Shown here one piece after another: positions 51,211-59,506 of a DNA stretch of 64,000 bases; position 1 is the stretch's first letter, and every line of letters begins with the position of its first letter. The notes beneath the pieces are model-generated. The model had not been told where the DNA came from. It worked only from the letters and a program-made list of their open reading frames with translations, and did not search any database. The stretch covers positions 1,472,001-1,536,000 of the forward strand of contig OZ240215.1 of the NCBI GenBank assembly GCA_965197585.1, in the 5' to 3' direction. The translations under genes were made by a program, and so were the position numbers. This stretch comes from Dehalococcoidia bacterium (lineage in GTDB: Bacteria > Chloroflexota > Dehalococcoidia > Plut-88900).

Positions 51211-51783
51211 ATGTCAAATCAAAGCGCCACAGGCATTCCCGTAATGGACCCCAGAGGCGAGACTCCAGCCGCGAGTGTGTCAATGGCCCTCCGTCTCCCG
51301 AGCCTCGACGGCGTGACCCTCGGCCTGGTCGATAACACCAAGATCAATGCCGGCAAACTACTGGATCGGCTTTCTTCCCTCCTCGAAGAGGAAGCCCCGA
51401 ATGCCCGCATAGTCCGGTTCTCCAAGCCCGATGCCACCCGCCCCGCTCCCCCCAACCTGGTCAAGCAGATCACCGAGGAGTGCGACGCAGCAGTCCTCGC
51501 CATCGGGGACTGAGGCTCCTGCAGCCAGTGCAGTTTGCACGACGGTATAGAATTGGAGATGAACGGCATCCCGACTGCCGTAATAATCACCGAGGAGTTC
51601 GAGGTTCCCGCCAGGACCATCGCCCGCATGAGAGGAATACCGGACTACCTCTACGCCAAGGTGGGCCACCCCATCGGGAGCCTGAATGAGCATGCCCTTC
51701 TGGAAAGAGCCAGGTCGGCGTTGCCCCAGGTGCTTAGCATCCTCACCCGAGACCCAAGTCAAAGAAATGGACGGAAGCAATAG
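51211..51783 (+). CDS. UGSC-motif selenoprotein (Sec at TGA 51511-51513), thioredoxin-like
   Basis: ORFs 51205..51513 and 51535..51783 are in frame and joined by AIGD-U-GSCSQCSLHD; LVDNTKIN and GIPTAVIITEEF family motifs; hairpin 14 nt after the UGA. Confidence 0.85.
51528..51540 (+). promoter_or_regulatory. Putative bacterial SECIS apical hairpin
   Basis: GTGCA-GTT-TGCAC just 3' of the in-frame UGA, resembling the apical stem of the E. coli fdhF SECIS. Confidence 0.6.
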
Positions 51784-52847
51784 TGGACAATTCTTCTCTC
51801 TCTCCCTCGAATGAAAGCAGGCGCGGATCGGGCCTGAGGCGCCTGGGCCGCATTCTGGCCTCTCCATTTTCCAGGTCCCACCGCGAAGGTCAGATCCGAG
51901 TGATCCAGACGTCTCCCGAAACTGCCAATCAAAGCACCCCCGGAGGTAGAAAACTGAACATCAAAAGGAACAAGGCTTCAACAGGGTCCGGCGTGTACAT
52001 TGACGTCGAGAACCTTCAGGGCGAGGCCCAGGACCTCATCTCTTCCCTCATGTTTAACTGGCCCCACCCCGCTCCTCCCCCTTCTCGTCTGACCCTCTAC
52101 GTCCGTGCAGACCAGGTCGAGCTTTGGCGTCTATGGGCCGTCGACCAATTTAATACCGTACAGGTCATCGTCAAAGGCATCCAGCACTTCAGCCGGGACT
52201 CCTCCAAGAACTCCGCCGACATCGCCATCGCCACCAACGCCATCGCCGATTTCGTGCGCGGCAGGATTGCTCATGTTGTCGTCTTGAGTGACGACAGCGA
52301 TTTCATATCCCTCTATGCCTCCATCCACGACGAGGTAGACCAGAACGAAGGCGCCACTCCGTTCCTATGGGTGGTCACGGACCGCCACAAGTCACTCTCC
52401 GCCAACGTCAAGCAGTTCGTCCCTCGGAATATCCTTCACGTGATATCCGCGGATGTCCGCTCCCCCAAATCCCCCCCACCGCCCCCACCCCGCCGGGCCA
52501 GAGCCCCCATCTCAAGACGTCCCGTATCCCCAACTCCCCCACCCCCATCCGCACCTCCGACTCCGCCACCCCTTACACCCGTCCCTTTGGGTAGTCCCTG
52601 GGCCGACATGGCCCGAATTATTGTTCGGGAGCGTCCTGTCGGCGCCTTCAAGAGCACCGACTGCCAGGACATCATCCGACGCCACTGGTCCGGCCACCGG
52701 ATGGCCAGGGCAGGAGGCGGCACTTTCGGCACCGAGTTCAAAAAGAGCGTCTGGCCGGAGCTTGAAAAACTTGGTGTCAAAATCCCTAACCTAAACCGGA
52801 AACCCGTCACCTACGAGATGACCAAAGAGGCCAAAGCAGCGGTCTAG
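51783..52847 (+). CDS. NYN-domain (PIN-like) protein with Pro-rich linker and C-terminal domain
   Basis: VYIDVEN, KNSADIAI, LSDDSDF acidic motifs; start uncertain. Confidence 0.75.
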   Translation: MDNSSLSPSNESRRGSGLRRLGRILASPFSRSHREGQIRVIQTSPETANQSTPGGRKLNIKRNKASTGSGVYIDVENLQGEAQDLISSLMFNWPHPAPPPSRLTLYVRADQVELWRLWAVDQFNTVQVIVKGIQHFSRDSSKNSADIAIATNAIADFVRGRIAHVVVLSDDSDFISLYASIHDEVDQNEGATPFLWVVTDRHKSLSANVKQFVPRNILHVISADVRSPKSPPPPPPRRARAPISRRPVSPTPPPPSAPPTPPPLTPVPLGSPWADMARIIVRERPVGAFKSTDCQDIIRRHWSGHRMARAGGGTFGTEFKKSVWPELEKLGVKIPNLNRKPVTYEMTKEAKAAV

Positions 52848-52864
52848 TAAGGGAAATCAGGCCA

Positions 52865-54835
52865 TTGGCTACCCCATTTCCCCACCTGTTCCAACCGATA
52901 AGGGTCGGCAAGTACACCCTTAAGAACCGGATAGTGAACGCTGGCCACGCCGCCCACTTCCAGGGCGAGGGCGGCCTCCCCGACGATAGGTACGTCCACT
53001 ACGTCCGGGAGCGCGCCAAGGGCGGTGCGGCGATGGTCGTACTAGGCAACACCGTCGTCTACAACGACGGCGAAGTCCCCCTCTCCATGGCCAACTACGA
53101 CGACCGGGTCATCCCCATCTACAGGCGCATGTCCACCGCCACCCATGAGTTCGATACGCCTCTCCTCACCCAACTCGGCCACCGAGGCAAAATGGTCGTC
53201 GACGCATCGGGCGTCCTCGGCAGACCCCTCATGGCCCCCTCCGCCGTCCCCCCACCCCACTTCGCCAGCCCCCAGTACATGCCCCACGAGATGGACTTTG
53301 ATGAGGTGAAGGAGGCCGTCCAGCAATTCTCCGACGCCGCCGCCCGGGTCCGCGAGGGTGGCCTCGATGGCGCCGAAATCCTCGTAGGTCTTGGCTATCT
53401 CATCTCCGAGTTCCTCTTCCCCGACTCCAACCGCCGCACCGACAAATACGGTGGCAGCACTATCGAGGAGCGCATGACCTTCCTCTACGAGGTCATCGAC
53501 GGCTGCCGCAAGGCCCTTGGCCCCGACCTCCTCCTCGGCGTCCGCCTGTATGACGACATGGTCGACTACAGTATCGGCATGAGCGAGCTCAAGGCTATCG
53601 CTCCCCTCCTCGAACGCACCGGCGCCATCGACTATCTCAACGTCTGGCAGGGCGCGATCCCCGACCCCAAGTCCTTCGCCGACCACTGGCCCAGCTACTA
53701 CCGGGAGCCCGGCCAGTTCGTGTACAAAGCCAACGAGATCAAGCAGTTGGTCAGCCTCCCCGTCCTGGGCGCAGGCCGCATCGACTCCCCCGCTCTCGCC
53801 GAGCAACTCTTAGCTGACGGTGTCGTCGACTTGGTCGGCATGGTCCGTGCCCTTATCGCCGACCCCCACCTCCCCAACAAGGCCCGTGAAGGCCGCGCCG
53901 GGGAGATTCGCTACTGCATAGGCACCAACCAGAGCTGTGCCGGACACATCCTCATCGGCCTGGGCGTCGGCTGCATCTACAACCCGGTGACCGGTCGAGA
54001 GAAAGAATGGAGCATCCTGCCCCCCGCCCCTCAGAAGAAAAAGGTGGTCATCGCCGGCGGAGGCCCGGCCGGTATGGAAGCAGCTCGCACAGCCGCCATA
54101 AGAGGCCACGAGGTCATCCTCTTCGAAAAGGGCCCCCGGCTCGGCGGCCAATTGAACCTGATTCTGAAAACCCCCAGGCGGGACCACTTCGAAGAGGTCA
54201 TTCTCTTCTTCGAACGCCAACTTGACAGGCTGGGTGTCGACGTCCGGCTCAACACCGAGGCCACCACCGACCTCATCCTCGCCGAATCCCCCGACTCAGT
54301 CATAGTCGCAACCGGGTCCACTCCCTACACCCCAGAAATCCCGGGCGCCGAGGGCCGGAATGTCGTCAACAGCTGGGATGTCCTGGAAGGATCGACTGAG
54401 TTGGGTGATCGGGTCGTCGTCATCGACACCCAGGGCCGCCCCGAGGCCTCCACCATCGCCGACTACCTCGTCTCCGGCGGCAAGTCCGTCGAAGTCGTCA
54501 CAGGCCTTCAGTACGTGGGCCGGGAGATAACCCCGCCCCTTTGGCAGCACATCTACGAAAGCCTGCTCCGCAAGGGCGTCAAGATGACACCCTTCACCGG
54601 AGTCTTCGAAATCCTCGAAGACTCCCTCTACGTCTACGACACAATCACCTGGGCGCCCCGCTACATCACCGGCGTCGACACCGTAGTCGTAGCCGCCGGC
54701 GGCCAGGCTGTGGACACCCTCTACCGAGACCTCAAGGGCCGCGCCCCTAACCTCCAGGCCATCGGAGACGCCCTCCAACCGAGAGACATAGAAGTCGCCG
54801 TAGTAGACGGCCACCGCGCCGCCCGCGCCGTCTGA
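52865..54835 (+). CDS. NADH:flavin oxidoreductase (OYE-like TIM barrel + 4Fe-4S + FAD domain; DCR/TMADH-like)
   Basis: LKNRI, RAKGG, NRRTDKYGG, RALIADP, CIGTNQSC..CIYNP, GGGPAGMEAA, ATGS, IGDA. Confidence 0.87.
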   Translation: MATPFPHLFQPIRVGKYTLKNRIVNAGHAAHFQGEGGLPDDRYVHYVRERAKGGAAMVVLGNTVVYNDGEVPLSMANYDDRVIPIYRRMSTATHEFDTPLLTQLGHRGKMVVDASGVLGRPLMAPSAVPPPHFASPQYMPHEMDFDEVKEAVQQFSDAAARVREGGLDGAEILVGLGYLISEFLFPDSNRRTDKYGGSTIEERMTFLYEVIDGCRKALGPDLLLGVRLYDDMVDYSIGMSELKAIAPLLERTGAIDYLNVWQGAIPDPKSFADHWPSYYREPGQFVYKANEIKQLVSLPVLGAGRIDSPALAEQLLADGVVDLVGMVRALIADPHLPNKAREGRAGEIRYCIGTNQSCAGHILIGLGVGCIYNPVTGREKEWSILPPAPQKKKVVIAGGGPAGMEAARTAAIRGHEVILFEKGPRLGGQLNLILKTPRRDHFEEVILFFERQLDRLGVDVRLNTEATTDLILAESPDSVIVATGSTPYTPEIPGAEGRNVVNSWDVLEGSTELGDRVVVIDTQGRPEASTIADYLVSGGKSVEVVTGLQYVGREITPPLWQHIYESLLRKGVKMTPFTGVFEILEDSLYVYDTITWAPRYITGVDTVVVAAGGQAVDTLYRDLKGRAPNLQAIGDALQPRDIEVAVVDGHRAARAV

Positions 54836-54907
54836 CCCTTCTCGACCGCCCATCGTTCACATCCTGCCGAGTGATAGAATAGCCCTCCCAGGCGATTCGA
54901 TGCCGGC

Positions 54908-57900
54908 ATGAACACAAAGAAGCTAACCACAGCGGTCGAGGATTATTTTGCAGACCTGCGCCGGATTCGCGCCTCCGGCGGCGCAACGGATGAACTCTCT
55001 TACTATCCCCCTCTAACCAATCTTCTGAACGCTGTCGGCGGCACGCTCAAGCCCAAGGTGTTCTGCATCAGTCAGCTTGCGCAGCAAGGTGCTGGTCATC
55101 CCGACTTCGGACTCTACGCTGCACGACAGATCCAGAAAGGCAAACACAACCAGGGGCAAATCCCGGAATGCGGAGTGTTGGAAGTTAAGCCCGTTGGTGA
55201 CGACGCCTGGCTGACAGCCGAAGGCGATCAGGTAAGCAAGTACTGGAACAAGTACCGGCTCGTCCTGGTCACCAACACCCGAGACTTCGTCCTGCTCGGT
55301 GAGGATGAAGCGGGCAGGCCCGCAAAGCTGGAGACCTTCCGGCTGGCCCAGTCCGCGGAAGAGTTCGAGTCCTCGCTAGAGAAACCCCGAGCCTTCGCAG
55401 GTAAGACCAGTGCAGGTCTGGGAGAGTACCTCTCCCGTTCCCTCTCCCACCGAGCAACACTTGTCGAACCCAAAGATTTGGCATGGCTGCTCGCCTCCTA
55501 CGCCCGAGACGGCTTGGCGCGGGTAGAAGCGGCGGGCGACGCACCATCCCTCGCTGCGGTGCGCTCAGCGTTGGAAGAGGCTTTGGGCGTACGATTCGAG
55601 GGAGATAAGGGAGTTGCATTCTTCCGCTCAACCCTCGTCCAGACCCTCTTCTACGGCGTCTTCTCTGCCTGGGTACTCTGGGCAAAGCAGACGCCACCTC
55701 CAAACGGCCCCTTTAATTGGCATGATTCCGTCTGGCACCTGCGTGCTCCTGTACTGAGGGCACTCTTCCAGCAGTTGTCGGACCCCGGTCGCCTGCAACC
55801 CTTGGGGCTTGTCGAAGTCTTGGACTGGACCGCCACTGCTCTTGACCGCGTTGACCGCTCCGCCTTCTTCGACCGATTCAACGAGGGTGAGGCCGTCCCC
55901 TACTTCTACGAGCCGTTTCTGCAGGCGTTCGACCCTGCCCTCCGCAAACAGCTTGGAGTTTGGTACACGCCTATAGAAGTCGTGCGCTACATGGTGGCCC
56001 GGGTGGACCGCGCGCTCAAAGATGATTTGGGCATTGCGGATGGCCTGGCCGCCGAGAACGTCTATGTGCTGGACCCCTGTTGCGGCACAGGTGCATATCT
56101 TGCGGAGGTTCTCCGGCGCATTGCCGACAATCTCAAGGAACGTGGTTTCGGTGCCCTCACCGGCGCACGAGTCAAACAAGCCGCAACTCAGAGAGTATTC
56201 GGCTTCGAAATAATGCCCGCTCCCTTCGTCGTCTCCCACCTGCAAGTCGGCTTGACCATGCAGGCATTGGACGCGCCGCTGTCAGAGGACGGGACAGAGC
56301 GAGCCGGAGTCTTCCTGACCAACGCCCTTACCGGCTGGGAGCCGCGAGTGCAGAAGCCGCTGCCCTTCCCGGAGTTGGAGGAGGAGCGAGAACGCGCCGA
56401 GAAAGTGAAGCAAGACACGCCGGTTCTCGTAATCTTGGGCAATCCGCCCTACAACGGCTTCGCCGGCATGGCGGTGGACGAGGAGCACGAGCTTTCGGCG
56501 GCCTACCGGACGACCAAGCATGTGCAGCCGCCAGAAGGGCAGGGATTGAATGACTTGTATGTGCGGTTCTTCCGCATGGCAGAGCGGCGTATCACCGAGA
56601 AGACAGGCCAGGGTGTGGTCTGTTTCATCTCCAACTACTCATGGCTGGACGGGCTCTCCTTCACTGGAATGAGGGAGCGCTATCTTAAAGCCTTCGACGC
56701 TATTCGTATCGATAATCTCAACGGCGACAAATATAAGACCGGCAAAACTACGCCCGAAGGCGCACCTGATCCAAGTGTCTTTTCAACCCCGGAGAACCCG
56801 GTAGGCATTCAGGTCGGGACCGCAATAACCACCCTTGTGCGTAGGGCCGACCACTCCCCTTCCGGGACCATCGGCTTCCGCCACCTCTGGGGCCAAACCA
56901 AGCGAGAAGAACTTACGGTGACGGCAGAGACTGATACGAATGCCATCTACGACAGTATTGAGCCGAGTCTAACACTCGGGCTGCCTTTCGCACGGATGGC
57001 GGTCAGTAAGGACTGGCACAGTTGGCCATCGCTGCCTGATCTATTTCCAGCCTCGTTTCCCGGCGTAAAGACTAGTCGGGATTCGTTCCTAGTGGACGTT
57101 GACATTGATCGGCTAAAGGCGAGAGTTCAAGATTATTTCAACGCCGAGTTGAGCCACGAAGTAATCGCTCAACATCACCCGGCAGTTATGAATGCCATCA
57201 GCAACTTCAAACCGCGCGCGGTGCGCGACACCCTAATCAAACGTGGAGGCCCTAACGAGGAAGGCTTTCTCCAATACGCCTACCGCCCCTTCGATGAACG
57301 GCGGCTTTACTGGGAAACAGGTGCAAAACTACTTGATCGTCCGCGCCCTGAATACAAACCGCATGTATTCAAGGGCAACCGTTGGCTAGTCACTCAGCAG
57401 AAACCTCGTAGAGAGTGGTCGCCTCCACAGGTCATTGCGCACATAGGATGCCTAGACCTCATGGATCGGGGCGCAACTTGCCTTCCCTTTTATCTACGTG
57501 ATGACGGACTGGGGACCAAAAAAGTTGACGAAACCTTGTGCAGTCCTAACCTATCGCCAGCCGCTGAATACTACCTTGAACGCATGGGGGCAAACGCAGA
57601 AGACTTGTTCCATCACGTCCTCGCCGTTCTCCACAACCCGGCCTATCAAGAGACCAATGCCGGAGCGTTACGGATGCAGTGGCCCCGCATACCCCTTCCC
57701 GGCTGGCCTGACGGCAAAGAGAACGGAGCGGCAAACAAGCTTGCAGCATCCGCGATGCGAGGCAAGGAATTGGCTGCACTGCTGGATTCGGACACACCCG
57801 TGCCTGGTGTGACCGAAGGTGCATTGCGCACGGATATTTCATCTATTACCGTCCCATCGACCGACGACGGCGGTAACATGGCCGGAGACGACTTCGCACT

Positions 57901-58252
57901 GACTGTCGGCTGGGGCCATTTCGGGCAGGGTGAGGCAGTCATGCCAGGCCAGGGCCAGGTTATCGAGCGCCCATACACATCTGATGAGCGCACCACACTA
58001 GGCAATGCTGCGCGGACCCTCGGTGACACTACGTTCGACATTTGCTTAAACGACCGCGCTTACTGGCGCAACGTCCCGGAAGCCGTTTGGAACTACAAGC
58101 TCGGTGGCTACCAGGTCCTCAAAAAGTGGCTGTCGTATCGGGAGCGCAGAGTTTTGGGTCGGAATCTGAAGCCGGACGAGGTCCAGCACTTCACCGACAC
58201 TGCGCGGCGGATAGCGGCCATCTTGACGCTCGTGGCCCAACCCCTCCCCTGA
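54908..58252 (+). CDS. Single-chain restriction-modification enzyme (N6-adenine MTase with Type ISP-like C-terminal specificity domain; Type IIG/IIL-like)
   Basis: N-terminal PD..EVK nuclease-like motif, LVLVTN, GVWYTP, VLDPCCGTG, GNPPY, YRPFD, GGYQVLKKWLSYR; no helicase motifs seen. Confidence 0.85.
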   Translation: MNTKKLTTAVEDYFADLRRIRASGGATDELSYYPPLTNLLNAVGGTLKPKVFCISQLAQQGAGHPDFGLYAARQIQKGKHNQGQIPECGVLEVKPVGDDAWLTAEGDQVSKYWNKYRLVLVTNTRDFVLLGEDEAGRPAKLETFRLAQSAEEFESSLEKPRAFAGKTSAGLGEYLSRSLSHRATLVEPKDLAWLLASYARDGLARVEAAGDAPSLAAVRSALEEALGVRFEGDKGVAFFRSTLVQTLFYGVFSAWVLWAKQTPPPNGPFNWHDSVWHLRAPVLRALFQQLSDPGRLQPLGLVEVLDWTATALDRVDRSAFFDRFNEGEAVPYFYEPFLQAFDPALRKQLGVWYTPIEVVRYMVARVDRALKDDLGIADGLAAENVYVLDPCCGTGAYLAEVLRRIADNLKERGFGALTGARVKQAATQRVFGFEIMPAPFVVSHLQVGLTMQALDAPLSEDGTERAGVFLTNALTGWEPRVQKPLPFPELEEERERAEKVKQDTPVLVILGNPPYNGFAGMAVDEEHELSAAYRTTKHVQPPEGQGLNDLYVRFFRMAERRITEKTGQGVVCFISNYSWLDGLSFTGMRERYLKAFDAIRIDNLNGDKYKTGKTTPEGAPDPSVFSTPENPVGIQVGTAITTLVRRADHSPSGTIGFRHLWGQTKREELTVTAETDTNAIYDSIEPSLTLGLPFARMAVSKDWHSWPSLPDLFPASFPGVKTSRDSFLVDVDIDRLKARVQDYFNAELSHEVIAQHHPAVMNAISNFKPRAVRDTLIKRGGPNEEGFLQYAYRPFDERRLYWETGAKLLDRPRPEYKPHVFKGNRWLVTQQKPRREWSPPQVIAHIGCLDLMDRGATCLPFYLRDDGLGTKKVDETLCSPNLSPAAEYYLERMGANAEDLFHHVLAVLHNPAYQETNAGALRMQWPRIPLPGWPDGKENGAANKLAASAMRGKELAALLDSDTPVPGVTEGALRTDISSITVPSTDDGGNMAGDDFALTVGWGHFGQGEAVMPGQGQVIERPYTSDERTTLGNAARTLGDTTFDICLNDRAYWRNVPEAVWNYKLGGYQVLKKWLSYRERRVLGRNLKPDEVQHFTDTARRIAAILTLVAQPLP

Positions 58253-58654
58253 CCCCACCCCCATTCCGAGGCCCCGCGAGGAATCTACAGCGCCCCTCCC
58301 TAATTCCACCTTGTCCGCTGAAACCCACCCACTCCATCCGTCATTCCGGCCCCCGAGCCGGAATCCAGCCCTTCCTTCTACCCAGTATTGAACTAGAGGC
58401 CCGCACGGGTGCTGTGCACCCGTGCGGGCCTCTGTTCTTATCTCCCCCCTAACGTCAATCCCGACTCCGATCGGGAATCCATCCCCCTCCCCCCAGTACT
58501 GAATTAGAGGCCCACGTGCGTGCAGAGCACGCACGTGGGCCTCTATTCTTATCTCCCCCTCTCCCTTGAAGGCCCTAAGGGAGAGGGGGACAAAGGGGGT
58601 GAGGGTTCCCCGGTGAGGCTGGGGAGGTGTCTCCCCAAGTGTGACATGAACCCC

Positions 58655-58684
58655 TTGACCCTACTTGAACACCCGTGCTATTAT
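58655..58684 (+). promoter_or_regulatory. Putative sigma70 promoter with an overlapping LexA-like box
   Basis: TTGACC(58655)-N18-TATTAT(58679) with extended TG; GAAC-ACCC-GTGC at 58667-58678. Confidence 0.45.
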
Positions 58685-58873
58685 CCTCACCGTTCGAACA
58701 CCAGCCTAACTATCTCAAGGAGGAACCAAAAACCCAGGGAAGCCCACCCGGCCCCATCCGAGGACTCAACGCCTAAGCCCATCCCAACGGCCCATACACG
58801 GGGCCCGCGGCACAAGCGACCGGCGCCATCTCCTCATCCCCACCGGGTCCCGTGCACCCTTCCCTATCCCCCA

Positions 58874-59303
58874 GGCGATGGAAAGACGCCCTGGTTCGCT
58901 ATCGTTCCATGTGAGGCTCCTAACGGAGATGCCGCTCCTTCAAGCGGAATAGTGGTCGGATAGGCCCGGCGCCGAGGTCCTCTCGGTACCCCGACCGCTC
59001 AATCAAGCCGGGAGCCGGTGGTCCCTGCACTCCGGGTCGCACCGGCAAACTTGGACATATTACGCCTGCAAGAGGCTCCACCCGGACGCTGGACGAGCCT
59101 CCTAGCCGCCCTATAGCGGTGCAGCCAACCCCTCGGAGTCAGGCTCGGACTTGGTGGCCCTGACGGTCCCTGCCCATGTCCAGCGTATACAGGGCCAAAG
59201 GCCGCAGCAGCGGCAAAAGCGGGCCGGACGCCCTTGCCCCGGGGTGTCGGAGCACCCGAAGCACAGGAACGGGGGCAGCGTCCAGCAAGCGTCTTTCATC
59301 GCC
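58874..59303 (+). ncRNA. Candidate large structured non-coding RNA of unknown class (~430 nt)
   Basis: Terminal helix GGCGATG(G)AAAGACGC / GCGTCTTTCATCGCC, extended inner helix, many hairpins, potential pseudoknots; no credible ORF. Confidence 0.65.
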
Positions 59304-59390
59304 AACCACCCAGACAGAACAACCAAAACCCCACCCTCCCACAACTGAATAAACCGGCGTGTCACTATCCCACCCAACGAGTGCACTCCC

Positions 59391-59419
59391 TTGACCCCAC
59401 CCCCCAACCCCTCTAATAT
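59391..59419 (+). promoter_or_regulatory. tRNA promoter
   Basis: TTGACC-N17-TAATAT, 11 nt upstream of the tRNA. Confidence 0.6.
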
Positions 59420-59430
59420 CTCCCCGCGAT

Positions 59431-59505
59431 GCGGGAGTAGCTCAGCGGTAGAGCCCCTGCCTTCCAAGCAGGCTGTCGCCGGTTCGAATCCGGTCTCCCG
59501 CTCCA
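59431..59505 (+). tRNA. tRNA-Gly (anticodon TCC)
   Basis: GCGGGAG/CTCCCGC acceptor stem + TCCA, D arm TAGCTCAGCGGTAGAGC, anticodon arm CCTGC-CTTCCAA-GCAGG, GGTTCGAATCC. Confidence 0.97.
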
Positions 59506-59506
59506 C

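Noticed and set aside
51205-51783. Two separate small genes or a pseudogene, as implied by the ORF track
   Set aside because: Same frame, UxxC context and a SECIS-like hairpin favour a single selenoprotein.
58874-59303. Assignment of the structured region to RNase P, tmRNA, SRP or a group I/II intron
   Set aside because: No GAGGAAAGUCC P4, no tRNA-like ends, no SRP GGAA loop motif and no domain V. A weak GCAGCCAA resemblance to group I Q lacks a convincing P7.
59431-59505. tRNA-Gly as an integration site for an island
   Set aside because: No integrase and no duplicated tRNA 3' end found in the window.
59111-59506. 131-aa - strand ORF (MERETGFEPAT...)
   Set aside because: Typical spurious translation of the antisense strand of a tRNA.
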